Assembly (NCBI GenBank): GCA_951406725.2
Contig: OX597825.1
Location: 83,018,001-83,082,000, forward strand
DNA from: Octopus vulgaris
Lineage: Eukaryota
Length of the DNA: 64,000 nucleotides
Direction of reading: 5' to 3'
Shown: piece by piece, positions 13,240 to 27,135 of the stretch
Layout of the letters: each line of letters begins with the position of its first letter
How positions within the stretch are numbered: the first letter of the stretch is position 1
The notes under the pieces: generated by a model
The model's database searches: none
Told to the model about the DNA's origin: nothing
Seen by the model: the letters and a program-made list of their open reading frames with translations, nothing else
Translations under genes and position numbers: made by a program

Positions 13240-13450
13240 AGCCCAGCGAACTGGCAGAAGGGTTAAGAACGTCGAAAAAGTGGTCTGCAGTATTTGTTTC
13301 GGATCTTTATGTTCTGATTTTAAAGACACAAAGGTCGGCCCTGCATTCCATCCCTCTGACTGTTGATAAAAATAAGATACTAGGGAAGTTCTGAGGACGG
13401 AGCGTATGACAAACCCACACTCATGAGAACTGTTGGCTTCTACCTGAAAC
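13240..13450 (+). mobile_element. Old SINE B'
   Basis: Degenerate GCGAACTGGCAGAA head and core. Confidence 0.55.
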
Positions 13451-13695
13451 CGAGCCCGGTATTTTATCAGTTAGAATGATAGATTTACCAGAGGACAGGC
13501 ATCATCAGGACAGTAGGAACATAATCTTTATGTATTTATCCCGGCAGTCGGTTTTTTGGGGTTTAGAGTGTTGCTCTCACTATCGCTAGATCGTTGATTC
13601 GATTCCCATACCGAGAGATGTGTTATGTTCTTGAGCAACACACTTCATCTTAGCTATAATCCAAGCTCGACGCCTTAGCTCAAAGTATTATCTAA

Positions 13696-14115
13696 GGCGT
13701 TGGTGCGGCTGTGTGGTAAGGAAGTTGCTTCCTAACCACATGATTCCGGGTTCAGTTCCATGTCTGACACCTTGGACAAGAGCGTTCCACTATAGCCTTG
13801 GGACGACCAAAGACTTGTAAGTGGATTTGGTAGACGCAAACTGAAATAATACTGTTGCATGTGTGCATGTGTGTGTGTATGTGTGCGTGCATGTGTGTGT
13901 GTGTGTTTGTTTCTGTTCTTGGGCTCCACCAGCACTTCACCACCGGTGTTAGTGTTTTTAAGTCCCTGTGAATTAGCGGTTCGGCAAAAGTCACTGATAG
14001 AGTATATATACCAGGCTTAAAACGAATAAATACGGAGTCGATTAGTTCAATTAAACTTCTTGAAGTAACAAGTCGTGGCTGCAATCCAATGATTGAAACA
14101 AGTAAATGGAAAAAG
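13696..14115 (+). mobile_element. SINE A (older copy)
   Basis: Full head, internal TG tract, diverged tail. Confidence 0.85.
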
Positions 14116-15229
14116 ACACAAGAGTACGCAAGAGTACGACGTTGTATTACGTTCTCCATGTGGACCCTGAGCATCCCACAACAAAATACTAACTTAGGGA
14201 TACACAATACTATTTTAAGTGCCCCCGAAAAGAATTTGCTTAGATGTATGTCCTCGTATGTATTGCAAGAAACGGCTTGGTTTCCTTCTCTGATGTTTTA
14301 GGTAGTTCATCCTACACAAGTTAATGTGCGAAAAGCAAAATCGGAATTTTGAAAGAAGTTTCTATAAAACTATTTTTAAACATCGAACAGCCATGAGGAT
14401 CCACCGGAGTAAAAAACGAATCAAATGGGTCCATAGATGAAAAAAAAACCCTTGATTTAAAATAGTGTTTAAGGACAATTATGGATATAACACTCTGCTC
14501 TCATTCTCGTATTTAGAAAACATTTTATTATTGAAAAAAGCCATTACCTCGAGGTAGGTGTTAGCAGAGGACAATCTTTCGAAAGCATGGCTGTTTTCCC
14601 GAATTTCTTTAACAGAATGCAGTAAAATTATACATAGTTCTCGTCTTGAAACTCAAGAAATATTTCCAGATTTATCCGAATCACAATAAATAAATATCTA
14701 ATTATTTGTCTTTTACGTATACTTCCTTTCGCTATTACACACACATGGATGTGTTCATAAAAGTCACTTTCACTCATTTCTGTTTTTATATAAACCCCTC
14801 ACGACAGCAGATAATGAAGTATGATGCGGATGGCGGTAGGAGTTTTATATTCAAAATGGCGTTGCTGTAAAACAAAATGGCGTTTCATTTTTCTTTGAAT
14901 TCTTATTTCTCTATAGCGCTATCGGTAGATTGGAAACTTCGTTACCAGACTTTTATTCGTTTACTATGGCTGCTTTTTGGTTTGCGGTTTTGTACAGCAC
15001 AGTGGCATATCAAAGAGAGACGAAGGCAAATGCTTTAATAAGAAAGATATGACCGGAGGTGGGGAAGCTATATATGTGCTTATATATATATTAGTATGTC
15101 TATATGTGTGTGTGTGTGTGCGTGTATATGTACCTGAGTGTGTGTAACTGTGTGTTTGTGTGTCTGTGTAAATACATCTTCCATCACATTCACACAAGCA
15201 TATGTATATATCTATACTATATTTTTTCA

Positions 15230-15450
15230 TTTTATTTTATTCGTTTACTTGTTTCAGTCATTTGGCTGCGGCCTTGCGGGAGCAGCGCCTTTGGTCGAAC
15301 AAATCGTCCCCAGGGCTTATTCTTTGTAAGCCTAGTACATTATCTTTATCGGTCTCCTTTGCCGAACCGCTGAGTTACCGGGGATGTAAACACACTAACA
15401 TCGATTGTCACGCAATGGGCGGCGGAGAGACACACAAGTTACACACACAT

Positions 15451-15481
<31 letters not shown>

Positions 15482-15644
15482 CGACCAGCTTCTTTCCGAT
15501 TCAATCTGTCAAATCCACCTACAAGGCTTTGGTCGGCCCGAGGTTATAGTAGAAGACACTTGCCCAAGGTGCTACGCAGTGGGATTGAACCCGGAACCAT
15601 GTGGTTGGGAAGCAAGCCTCTTACCACACAGCCACCCCTGCGCC
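15230..15644 (-). mobile_element. SINE A
   Basis: Full-length reverse complement. Confidence 0.92.
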
Positions 15645-15666
15645 TGTGTGTATGTATATATATATG

Positions 15667-15762
<96 letters not shown>

Positions 15763-15765
<3 letters not shown>

Positions 15766-16124
15766 TTTTACTCTTTTACTCTTTTACTTGTTTCAGTTAT
15801 TTGACTGCGGCCATGCTGGAGCACCGCCTTTAATCGAGCAAATCGAGCCCGGGACTTATTCTTTCGTAAGCCCAGTACTTATTCTATCAGTCTCTTTTGC
15901 CGAACCGCTAGCTAACGGGGACATAAACACAGACACACACACGCATATATATACATATATACGACGGGCTTGTTTCAGTTTCCGTCTACCAAATCCACTC
16001 ACAAGGCTTTGGTCGGCCCGAGGCTATAGTAGAAGACACTTGCCCAAGGTGCCACGCAGTGGGACTGAACGCGGAACCATGTGGCTGGTAAACAAGCTAC
16101 CTACCATACAGCCACTCCTGCGCC
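15763..16124 (-). mobile_element. SINE A
   Basis: Near full-length, small deletion. Confidence 0.92.
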
Positions 16125-16125
16125 T

Positions 16126-16239
<114 letters not shown>

Positions 16240-16250
16240 TTTATAGAAGG

Positions 16251-16301
16251 AGCTTCTACAGGACTAGAACTGTTTCATTCAAATGAAATCATCAGGAAGC
16301 T
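16251..16301 (-). ncRNA. Type I hammerhead ribozyme motif (mirror copy)
   Basis: Identical to the plus-strand motif because the palindrome is perfect. Confidence 0.78.
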
Positions 16302-16348
16302 TCCTGATGATTTCATTTGAATGAAACAGTTCTAGTCCTGTAGAAGCT
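16298..16348 (+). ncRNA. Type I hammerhead ribozyme motif
   Basis: Stem I AGCUUC/GAAGCU; CUGAUGA 16304-16310; stem II UUC-AUUU-GAA (U.U at base); GAAA 16323-16326; stem III ACAG/CUGU; GUA site, predicted cleavage after 16342. Confidence 0.8.
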
Positions 16349-16431
16349 CCTTCTATAAAATAAATTAATTTACTCTGCCATGTATTGAGTACCTTATTTA
16401 CTGTGGTTAACCCCGACTCAACCCGGGACCT

Positions 16432-16541
<110 letters not shown>

Positions 16542-16961
16542 TTAGTTAGATATAGATAAGTAGAGAGAGAGAGAGAGAGAGAAAGAGGGAGAGAGAGAGA
16601 AAGAAAAAAATATAACAAGCGAATTCGTTCCATATATTCAAATATATCATTTTACGTGCATTTCATTAAAGAGAATTGAATATGTATTATATGAAGAAAA
16701 AGTTATCTGATTGAATTGTCGATCCTCCGATATTGCGTAACATCCATTAGTAATCGCTAGTATTCAGACTGGGGGAGGGGGTCGTCAGCGTTGTCAGATA
16801 AATTTACTACAACGACTGCGATTACATAATTAACTATTATATGAAAGAAAGTCTCTTGTCCCGTTGTACTCGGTGACCTACGCAACGACAGATACGAAAC
16901 CAATAATACTCAGATTGGAACACGATCCTTCTCAACGTTCATCTTCACACACACACACACA

Positions 16962-17032
<71 letters not shown>

Positions 17033-17067
17033 CATACATATATACATACATACATACATATATACAT

Positions 17068-17372
17068 GGAGGCGCAATGGCCCTGTGGTTAGGGCAGCGG
17101 ACTCGCGGTCGTAGGATCGCGGTTTCGATTCCCAGACCGGGCGTTGTGTATGTTTATTGAGCGAAAACACCTAGAAGCTCCACGAGACTCCAGCAGGGGG
17201 TGGTGATCCCTGCTGTACTCTTTCACCACTCTTTCTCTCAATCTTTCTTCTGTTGGCCTGCTCGCTTAGCCAGTGCGGCGGCGTCATTCGAAGGCTAAAA
17301 CAATGCGAACGCATTGTGACCAGCGATGTGTAACAACAACTGATGGTCTGGTCGGTCACGTGATAACGTGAT
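17068..17372 (+). mobile_element. SINE C, tail type 2
   Basis: GGAGGCGCAATGGCCC.GTGGTTAGGGCAGCGGACTCG head, GGTTTCGATTCCC B-box; 3' half differs from the 48253 copy. Confidence 0.9.
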
Positions 17373-17573
17373 ATATATATATATATATATATTCACTTGA
17401 ATATGGCACTTAAGTAAAAGGCAGAAGAATTTAGTATGGTATTATCCATATAATTCAAAATGGGGTGATTATAATCAAATAAGCAACAAGGATATCCAGA
17501 GGTAATGCAGTACGATCGTTTCATGCGACTCCATTTAATTGAACAATACAAATATTGCATCAATTTAGAATAT

Positions 17574-17619
17574 AGTGGATTTGGTTGACGGAAACTGAAA
17601 GAATCTTGTCGTATATATG

Positions 17620-17654
<35 letters not shown>

Positions 17655-17833
17655 ATGTGTGTGTTTGTGTGTCTGTTTGTCCCCCCTAACATCGCTTGAC
17701 AACCCATACTGGTATTTTACGTTCCCGTAACTTAGCGGTTTGGCAAAAGAGACCAATGGAATAAGTACTTGGCTTACAAAAAACAAGTCCTGGTGTCGAT
17801 TTGCTCGACTAAAGGCAGTGCTCCAGCATGGCC
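17574..17833 (+). mobile_element. SINE A, 5'-truncated
   Basis: GTGGATTTGG...internal microsatellite...GTGCTCCAGCATGGCC. Confidence 0.88.
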
Positions 17834-17861
17834 CACATATATATATATGTGTGTGTGACCT

Positions 17862-18056
17862 CGTGTGTACCGTTGGCGATTTTTTTTTCCTCCGTCTTCC
17901 CTTCTCTGGAGCTTTCCATCTCCTATGTTTCCGACGAAGACCTTCGCTCGAAACGTTAAACCCTCCTTCTTTCCTTCTTTCCTGAGCGTTCAATAATACT
18001 TTAATTGTTCCACGTCCTCGCGTTGTGTTTTTTATTTTGTGCTTTCTTGTTTGGAT

Positions 18057-18060
<4 letters not shown>
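17862..18060 (+). mobile_element. PLE-like repeat with degenerate minimal HHR (17927-17961)
   Basis: GUUU-CCGACGA-a-GACCUUCGCUC-GAAACGUU-AAAC: stem I GUUU/AAAC, ACGU stem III, core U4 changed to C; ends in (TA)n. Confidence 0.55.
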
Positions 18061-18097
<37 letters not shown>

Positions 18098-18134
18098 GCA
18101 TATGTATATATATATGTATGTATATATATATATG

Positions 18135-18201
<67 letters not shown>

Positions 18202-20400
18202 ACCAAATGTTCTCTGAAAGTATGGCTTAATGTTTATGTAAACATGTATATATATATTGGTGTGTATGTGTGTGCGTGCGTGCCTGTATGTGTGTGTGTG
18301 CGTGCGTGTGAATATGTGTGCCTGTGCTTTCACGTGGCAATGTGCGTGTGGACGAGTTCTTGCCAGTCTAAGAAAAATGTTTGCAGAAAAACCTACCAAT
18401 TCGTTGACAACAAAATAGCAGTGGCGTCATAAAACAGCAGGAATTACCTGAGAGTTGCATAATCAAGCGAATGTTACTTTCGTCTGCCTCTTTCACCCAT
18501 TCTGTGTTTCTTCGTTTCTTTTTCTATCTTTCTTTGTCTCCTTTGCTCTAACGATATCTGTGTGTGTGTGTGTCTCTCTCTATCACTCTCTCTCTCTCTC
18601 TCTTATTCACTATCCTTCTCTCTCTCTTTCTATCACTCTGGTATTCTCACTCTATCTCTCTTCACACAAACGTGTGAACAGATATGACTTTGTATAACTC
18701 AATCACAGAATGTCTGCAATTCATTGATTGATATTATTAAGAGAGGATTATATTCATATACGCATAAGTTCGACGCTCTGTGTGTGTGTGTATGTTTGTG
18801 TGTGTTTTTTTTTTACTTGTAGAGAAGTGTGGCTGGATGGATTAAGTGTGTATGTGTGTGTGTATACATGAATGTATATATCTACATATGCATATATCTA
18901 AAAATATGTTTATGCATTTATATATTATTATAATACGCATATATAGATATATGTCTATATATGTGTGTGTGTGTATATGTATATATATATATATGTATAT
19001 ATATACATGTGTATGTATATGTATATATACATACATTATTTATGTGCTTGTGTATGTATGTATATATATATATATGTATATATACCCTCATATATGTATT
19101 TACACACATAATTTTAAAATCATGAATGCCAGTGTGTATGTATGTGTGTGAGTATTTGTGTGGGTATGTGTGTGTGTGTGTGTAAATGACTTTATCTGTA
19201 TACATATATGAATATGTATATACGCACACATATTGATAGATACATAAATACAATAATATATATGTACAAATATACGTACGTATATGCACACAGATATACA
19301 TAATATACATGTGGATATATACAGATATGCATATGTACTTACCTACATACATACATACACACATACCTACACATACTTACATGAATATAAGCATGCATAC
19401 ATACATAAAAGAAAGCGTGTACATACACATATACATACATACACACATATATAAATACATACACACATACAACACATTCACATTGGAAGCGTGTACATAC
19501 ACATATACATACATACACACATACATAAATATATACATACATAAACACATGCAAACATGTGAACATACATACACTGACATACATACACGCATACATACAT
19601 ACACACATACGTACATACACACATACATATATAGATACACACACATACACACACAGATACATACACACACATACATATGTACATCCACACATACATACGT
19701 ACGTATATAATAAACACATACGTACATAACGCATTCATACATACATACATACATACATACATACATACAGACAGACAGACAGACCGACGTACACGCACTT
19801 ACGTAGGTCTGTAGGAGCGCTTTAAATCCCCGACTGTTGCAGATTTAGCGAATCAGAGGTGAAGAAATGTCAAGTAGCTTGCCACATGCACATGGGAATA
19901 ACCAGTTCTGCTGCTTATATAAACATACGCTATCAACGTATGCATGTGCATGCATAGGTATGCATGCAAATGCATGTGTGTGTGCAAGCATAATGCATGA
20001 GCATGCATGCACATTCGTAGATGCCATGTAGATCTGTCAATCGATTTATCTGCCTTTTAATATTTGTGTAGAGGAATCACTTTAAAGAAAATACACACAC
20101 ACACACACACACGCATATAAGAAACACTTGTACATGCATCCATGCAGACACACACACACATACATACGCATGCATGCACAGATATGCACACAAACATGCA
20201 CATACATTCACATAGGTAGGCGTATATACAAAACGTGCGCACCTGCAGATACACACGAACATATAAACACGTAAGCTCAGAAACAGATATGTGAATTACA
20301 TAAAACACACACAAACACACATACACGCAGATACATAAATACATACACGCGTATATAAATACACAAACTCAAAAGACGCAGACGCATATATACACAAAAT

Positions 20401-20507
20401 AGGAGCAGGAGTGGCTGTGTGGTAAGAAGCTTTCTTCCCAACAGCATGGTTCCGGGTTCAGTCCCACTGCATGTCACCTTGGGCAAATGTCTTCCATTTG
20501 TGTGTGA

Positions 20508-20550
<43 letters not shown>

Positions 20551-20820
20551 TATGTATATGTATATATATTCATGTAGGTACATATATATATGTGTGTGTG
20601 TATGTGTGTGTATATATTTGTGTGTCTGTGTTTGTACCCCCACCATTGCTAGACAAACGATGTCGGTGTGTAGGTCCCTGTAAACTTGCGGTTCGGCAAA
20701 ATACACTGAGAGAATAAGTACTAGGCTTCTGGAAAATAAGTCCTGGGTTCGATTTGTTCGACTAAAGGTGGTGCTCCAGCATGGCTGCACTCAAATGACA
20801 GAAACAAGTAAAAGAATAAA
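20401..20820 (+). mobile_element. SINE A with internal deletion
   Basis: Head, microsatellite and complete tail. Confidence 0.9.
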
Positions 20821-21099
20821 AAAATATATATCTAAACAGACGCACACATATATAAGCGCAGGCACACACATGATACATATAAACACAAAAACATACACAC
20901 AGTATTAAAGATACATACACATAAGCATAGATATACACGAGCGCACATACAGGCATGAGTGCACAAACACTCACGAACTCACATTCACATATACACACGT
21001 ACACGTACACCACACACATACACACACACACACACTCACACACAAAGTCATTTACAGTATACCAGTTTCTCTCGTAAGGACGGATGTTAGCAACAATGT

Positions 21100-21140
<41 letters not shown>

Positions 21141-21660
21141 TGTGCGTATGTGCATATAATATTGCTTCTCAGTCTGCTTCCACACACACACACACATATG
21201 CACACAAACATGCACTTACCTATACATTTATGTGTGTGCAAGTGTGGGTGTGAGTGTGAGTTTATCAGAGATATGTATATGTGTGTGAGTGTGTTTATGT
21301 GTATGTATGTATGAATTTATGTATGTATATGTATACCATATCACCGTTTTTTTTGTACTCGTTTTCGTATACAGTCGCTTGCTTTCTTCCAGAAAATCTA
21401 TTGCTCTTAGCTTAGATTTTCTTGGGGCCGGCCAGATTAGTGCAGTCTCCAGTGTAACCGGCCGAAAGTGCAACGACCATCTGGAATTCGACTGAAGATA
21501 GAAAGCTCCGAATGACCCATCCTTATTTTTCCCCATCCTTTTTTGTATCGTCTAACTTCCCAGATGTTTTGTTGTCGCCTGTTACGTTCTAGTTCCATTT
21601 TCTTTTGTTTTTCTCATATATTATAATCAAATAAGCGGCGTACATTCACATTTGGTCCCC

Positions 21661-21721
<61 letters not shown>

Positions 21722-22071
21722 CAGAGAGTTCTAATGGATACAACTTAATTTGATAATTAATCAACGTATTAAGCAACAATTGTTTCATTTCTCAAATACG
21801 ATTAAAATTTCAAAACGTATACAAAAAAAAGGTTTTTCAGAGGAAAATCAGGATTATATAAGGGCAGTTTCGCAATATACGGAATATACAAACATGTTTA
21901 CATGAGTGTATCTTATTATGCCTGTTTTCTAACTCAAGGAAAATGTCTGATATATTAAGATATTCTATATGATATACTCATTGAAGAATTATCACTTCAC
22001 AATTTAATATATTAAACCAGTGAATCTGGGATAAATATCCCTATAAGAAGTTTTTAATATTCTCATTGTAA

Positions 22072-22144
<73 letters not shown>

Positions 22145-22395
22145 TGATAAAAAATGGTAACACAACAAAAGAATGAAAGAGACCTCGATATTATGTAAAA
22201 AGAGGAATTCATCTGTAAAAGTAATATGTGAAAATTATTCAGTAGCCATGATAATACTCCGAGTTTCGGATGCCGAGGTGGAAATTCACACCGCCATCAC
22301 TTCAGTTATCTGGCCATTCCGATGGTAGTGCGTCAGAGATGGTAGTGCGTCGGAGCTTTGTCATGGTTACCGAATAATTGTCACATTAATATGTG
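22145..22395 (-). mobile_element. PLE-like fold-back element with degenerate HHR (22246-22313)
   Basis: Minus: GAUAA-CUGAAGU-GAUG...CAUC-C-GAAACUCGGAGUA-UUAUC; diverged inverted arms 22225-22262 and 22350-22388; abuts (TA)n. Confidence 0.6.
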
Positions 22396-22450
22396 ACTAT
22401 ATATACACACACAAATATATTTACACACACGTAGGTCTATTTATGCATAA

Positions 22451-22501
<51 letters not shown>

Positions 22502-22504
22502 CAT

Positions 22505-23076
22505 ATATAAACCTTTTATATATTATTTCATGCATTAAGCTGCAATCATGCTGGGACATTCCCTTGAAGAATTCCACTTGGATGAATCGATTCCAGTAAA
22601 TTTTCCTTTCATGTTTGGTAATTATTCTGTTGAAAATGTTTGTCGAACTGATCAGCCACAGGGACATAAACAAACGAACACCTATTCTCAAGCGATGACG
22701 GGGGAAAGACACGCATGTATTCCCCTCCTAAACCCGGATGTGTCTCCAACAAAAATAACTCTTTACAAGAGCGACCGTGTTACCCCATATATGACTAAAA
22801 GACTTTACCAGGTGGTGTTATTATGTTAGACATGATCTGGGCCTATAGTGACCTAAAACTATCAAAGTTGTATATAAGCATGTATGTATGTACGTATGTA
22901 TGTAGATAGATAGCGTCTTCTTTCAGTTTCCGTCTAACACATCCATTCAAATGACTTAGCTTGGGCTGAGGTTATAGTAGATACCCTTGCACAATGTGCC
23001 ACACAGCGGGACCGAACCTGGAGTCACGTGTCTGGGAAGCAAACAACACTGCTACGCCTCCGCCTGCGCCTGCGCC
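22505..23076 (-). mobile_element. Old interrupted SINE A
   Basis: Degenerate tail (22530-22710) and head (22915-23076). Confidence 0.6.
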
Positions 23077-23584
23077 TACATATGGTTTCTACTTGCACAA
23101 AACTTTCGCAAAACAAGTAAATATCTGTACACGTATGGTTGTGTATCGACGCTTGCTTGTGTGCCTCAACGCGGGTGACTGTGAAATAGGTTAAGTATTG
23201 TTAATCATGCAGTTGTATACTCATGAAATAAATCTATAGTAATGTATTTAATATCAATCAATGGGAATGAGTGCTCAACGCTGCATTGGGGAATAAACTT
23301 TATTTATTTGTAGATAAAGGCTACTTTTGCTTTCGTGTTAAGGAAGCCCGTATCGGTGTTTTGATTCAAAAGGGAAATGAACTCACATGTTCCATGTGAT
23401 AGGCCTGATAATTGTTAAGGGCTTCTATTACATGAAAGCAACGGTAGCCTTAATTCACAGATCAATTATATATGAGCATTTGTGTGTGCTCATGCGCGCG
23501 TGAGCATGTGTATGTGTGCGTACGTGTGCATGTGTGTGTATTCGTTTTTATATAGACTTGTTTTAAACCGGAGTTCCGAATCAT

Positions 23585-23800
23585 AGGCCATGCAGAAACG
23601 TTAGCACACCGGGCAAAATACTTAGCGGTATTTCGCCTGTCTTTATATTCTGAGTTCAAATTCCGCTGAGGTCGACTTTGCTTTCTTTCTTCCTTTTGGA
23701 GTCAATAAATTAAGAACCAGTTGCGTACTGGAGTCTATATAATCGACTGACAATCTCCCCCAAAATTTCGGGCCTTGTGCGTAGAAAAGAAAATATTATT
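23585..23800 (+). mobile_element. SINE B'
   Basis: Head, B-box, core, old tail. Confidence 0.85.
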
Positions 23801-23922
23801 TTAAGCTATATCCTATGAATTCGATATACAGAGCTCGACATGTAGAGCACATCGAAGCAGTGCAAAATATAAAATATATAGAAGAACAAAAGACTTAGTG
23901 GCTCGGCAAACCATTTCTGATA

Positions 23923-24320
23923 GGCGCAGGAGTGGCTGTGTGGTAAGTAGCTTGCTTACCAACCACATGGCCCGGGTTCAGTCCCACTGCGTGCCCCCCT
24001 GGGCACTATGCTACTATGGTTTCTGACCAACCAAAGACTTGTCAGTGGATTTGACAGACGGAAACGGCAAGAAGCCCGTCGTATGTGTATATATATGTAT
24101 ATGTATATGTGTGTATATGTTTGTGTCTGTTTGTCCCTCCAACATCGTTTGACAACCGATCCTGGTGTGTTTACGTCCTCGTAACTTAGCGGTTCGGTAT
24201 AAGACACCGATAGAATAAGTACTAGGCCTACAAAGAATAGTCCTGGGGTCAATTTGCTCGACTAAAGGCGGTGCTCCAGCATAGCCGCAGTCAAGTGACT
24301 GAAACCAATAAAAGAGTAAA
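23923..24320 (+). mobile_element. SINE A
   Basis: Full length from GGCGCAGGAGTGGCTG to GAAACCAATAAAAGAG. Confidence 0.92.
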
Positions 24321-24339
24321 CATAATATTAGAATTTGCA

Positions 24340-24553
24340 TCGATCTGATCGAAAAAAGGCAAAATCGACCTCGGCGGAATTTGAACTCAGAACGTAGCGG
24401 CAGACGAAATACTGCTAAGCATTTCGCCCGGCGTGCTAACGATTCTGCCACCTTCAACAAGTTACGCACTGGGGTCGATGTAATCGATTTAATCCTTTTG
24501 TCTGATCTTGATTGTCCCCTCTGCGTTTAGCCCCTTGTGGGTAGTAAAGAAAT
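24340..24553. mobile_element. SINE B with inverted 5' half
   Basis: Head and body on minus (24340-24455), tail on plus (24460-24553). Confidence 0.82.
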
Positions 24554-24763
24554 ATATGTGATTCAGTGAGCCAGACTGGGCCGCACCGTATAACGTTGGA
24601 TCAACTTCAAGAGGACTTTATGAAGTGAATGTATCGACGGTATACACAGCCACTAGGTGTTTAATTCGTAGAAATGATAATTAAGCGGATTGAACTACAA
24701 ATAAATACACACCATACGTACACGCACATACACACACACATGCACATACGCAAGCACACACAA

Positions 24764-24806
<43 letters not shown>

Positions 24807-25012
24807 TGTGTTTGCATATACATGTGTGTATGTATTTATAAGTCTATGTGTGTGTGTGTGCGTACATGTGTACGTGTGCGTACGTATGAGTGAGTGCATA
24901 CGTGTGTGTGCATGCGTACGTGTATGTGTGTGCGTACATGTGTGTGCGCGCATGTGTACGTATGTATAAGTTTATATATATGTGTGTGTGTGTATATGTA
25001 TATACATATATA

Positions 25013-25072
<60 letters not shown>

Positions 25073-25097
25073 TACATACATACACACATACATATAT

Positions 25098-25144
<47 letters not shown>

Positions 25145-25174
25145 TACCTATATATGTGTGTGTATGAGTATTTC

Positions 25175-25405
25175 TATGTGTGTGTGTCTGTGTTTGGTAA
25201 CCCCCGCCATCACTTGACAACCGATGTTGGTGTGTTTACGTCCCCATAACTTATAAGTTCGGTAAAAGAGACCGATAGGATAAGTACTGGGCTTACAAAG
25301 AATAAGTCCTGAAGTCGATTTCTTCGACCAAGAGGCGGTGCTTCAGCATGGCCGCAGTCAAATGACTGAAACAAGTAAAAGAAGATAAACAGAGTAAAAG
25401 AGAAA
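25175..25405 (+). mobile_element. SINE A 3' half
   Basis: Matches the A consensus downstream of the microsatellite. Confidence 0.85.
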
Positions 25406-25780
25406 AGAGAGAGAGAGGGGAGAGAGAGAGAGAGAGAGAAAGAGTGAGAGGGAGAAGTAGAAGAAACACACCGTCTAATGCGGGCGACGTCCATGATTTC
25501 TCACTCCGTCTCTCTCTCCCTATGTGCGCACATTCAAACGCACATATCTGTGTGCGTGTGCTTTTCAGCATATATGTCTGAATGTTCATGTGTGTGTGTG
25601 TGTGTTTGTGTGTCCGTGTTTGTGTGTGTGTGCGCATACACTCACCATTGCGAGTGTTATCCGCAAATGCTAAAATGTAACATTTAAAGTTAGATAACAA
25701 CTAACAGATAAAAAAAAAATCCTTCCTTCTTCATTAGTTCCGCGTTGTTCGTCAACAGTTGAAATTAGCATTATTTGTGT

Positions 25781-26395
25781 AAGGCGGCGTCGATGTGGCG
25801 GAATCGTTAAGCACGCCGTCCGAAATGCTTAGCAGTATTTCGTCCGTCTTTACGTTCTGAGCTCGAATTCCGCCGAGGTTGACTTTGCCTTTCGTCTGTT
25901 CAGGGTCAATAAATTAAGTACCAGTTGCGTACTGGTGTCGATGTAATCGACTAGCCCCCTCCCCAAAATTTCTGGGCCTTATACCTAGAGTAGAAAAGAT
26001 TATTTCTGTAAGGCGTCGATGTGGCGGAATCCTTAGCACGCCGTCCGAAATGGTTAGCGGTATTTCGTCTGCCGCTACGTTCTGAGTTCAAATTCCGCTG
26101 AGGTCGACTTTGCCTTTCGGGGTCGATTAAATAAGTACCAGTTACGCACTGCGGTTGATATAATCTACTTAGTCTATTTGTCTGTTCTTGTTTGTCCTCT
26201 CTGTGTTTAGCCCCTTGTGGGTAGTAAAGAAATAGGTATTTCGTCTGCCGTTACGTTCTGAGTTCAAATTCCGCCGACATCGACTTTGCCTTTCATCCCT
26301 TTCAGGTTCGACAAAACAAGTACCATTTGAGCACTGGGGTTGATAGAATCAGCTTACTCCTACTCCGACTTTGTTGCCTGAAAACTGGAACCATT
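25781..26395 (+). mobile_element. SINE B'/B/B' tandem cluster
   Basis: B' 25781-26005, B 26009-26236, restart at TATTTCGTC 26237 with old tail; both heads share the variant GGCGTCGATGTGGCGGAATC. Confidence 0.9.
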
Positions 26396-26784
26396 GTGGT
26401 TTATATATATATATATATTTCGTTATTTCTATGTATAAATTCACCCTTTAAACTTCGTAACTTCGTTTTGCTGTTTTATTTACATTCTACACTTTTCCAA
26501 AAATAATTTTAGTGTTATAGTATGTATGTGCGTAGCTGGTTATATCTATTTTTTTCTCTCTACTTATCTTTTTTTTTTCTCTCACGAACCCTTTTGATCG
26601 AAAATATATTTTCCCCGCTTTTTTTTCTATTTTCGAAAAGAAAAGCTCTACATTGTATTTTGTTCCGTCTGTGTTTGGCCCTGTGTGGCAAATAAAGATA
26701 CTTATCTATGTGTCTGTCTATCTATCTATCTATCTATCTATCTACCTATCCATACACACACAAACACACACACACTCACAAACA

Positions 26785-26851
<67 letters not shown>

Positions 26852-27135
26852 ATAAACACACACACTAACTAACACAAAGTATCCGAAATGGTTTTTTTAT
26901 AACGACTGATAATGTGATCGATCGGCTGTGGTTATCGAAAAAGTTTCATTCCAACATGATCAAATTATGCGGTTGCGGCTCCATTGTATACACACGCGCG
27001 GGAACACACGCACACAAATCCACAAACACACAGACACACAGACACATGCACGCTCATACACACACATAAATGCTCATTAATATATATTTATACGTGTGTG
27101 TGTGGGTTTGTATGTATGTATATATATTTATATAT

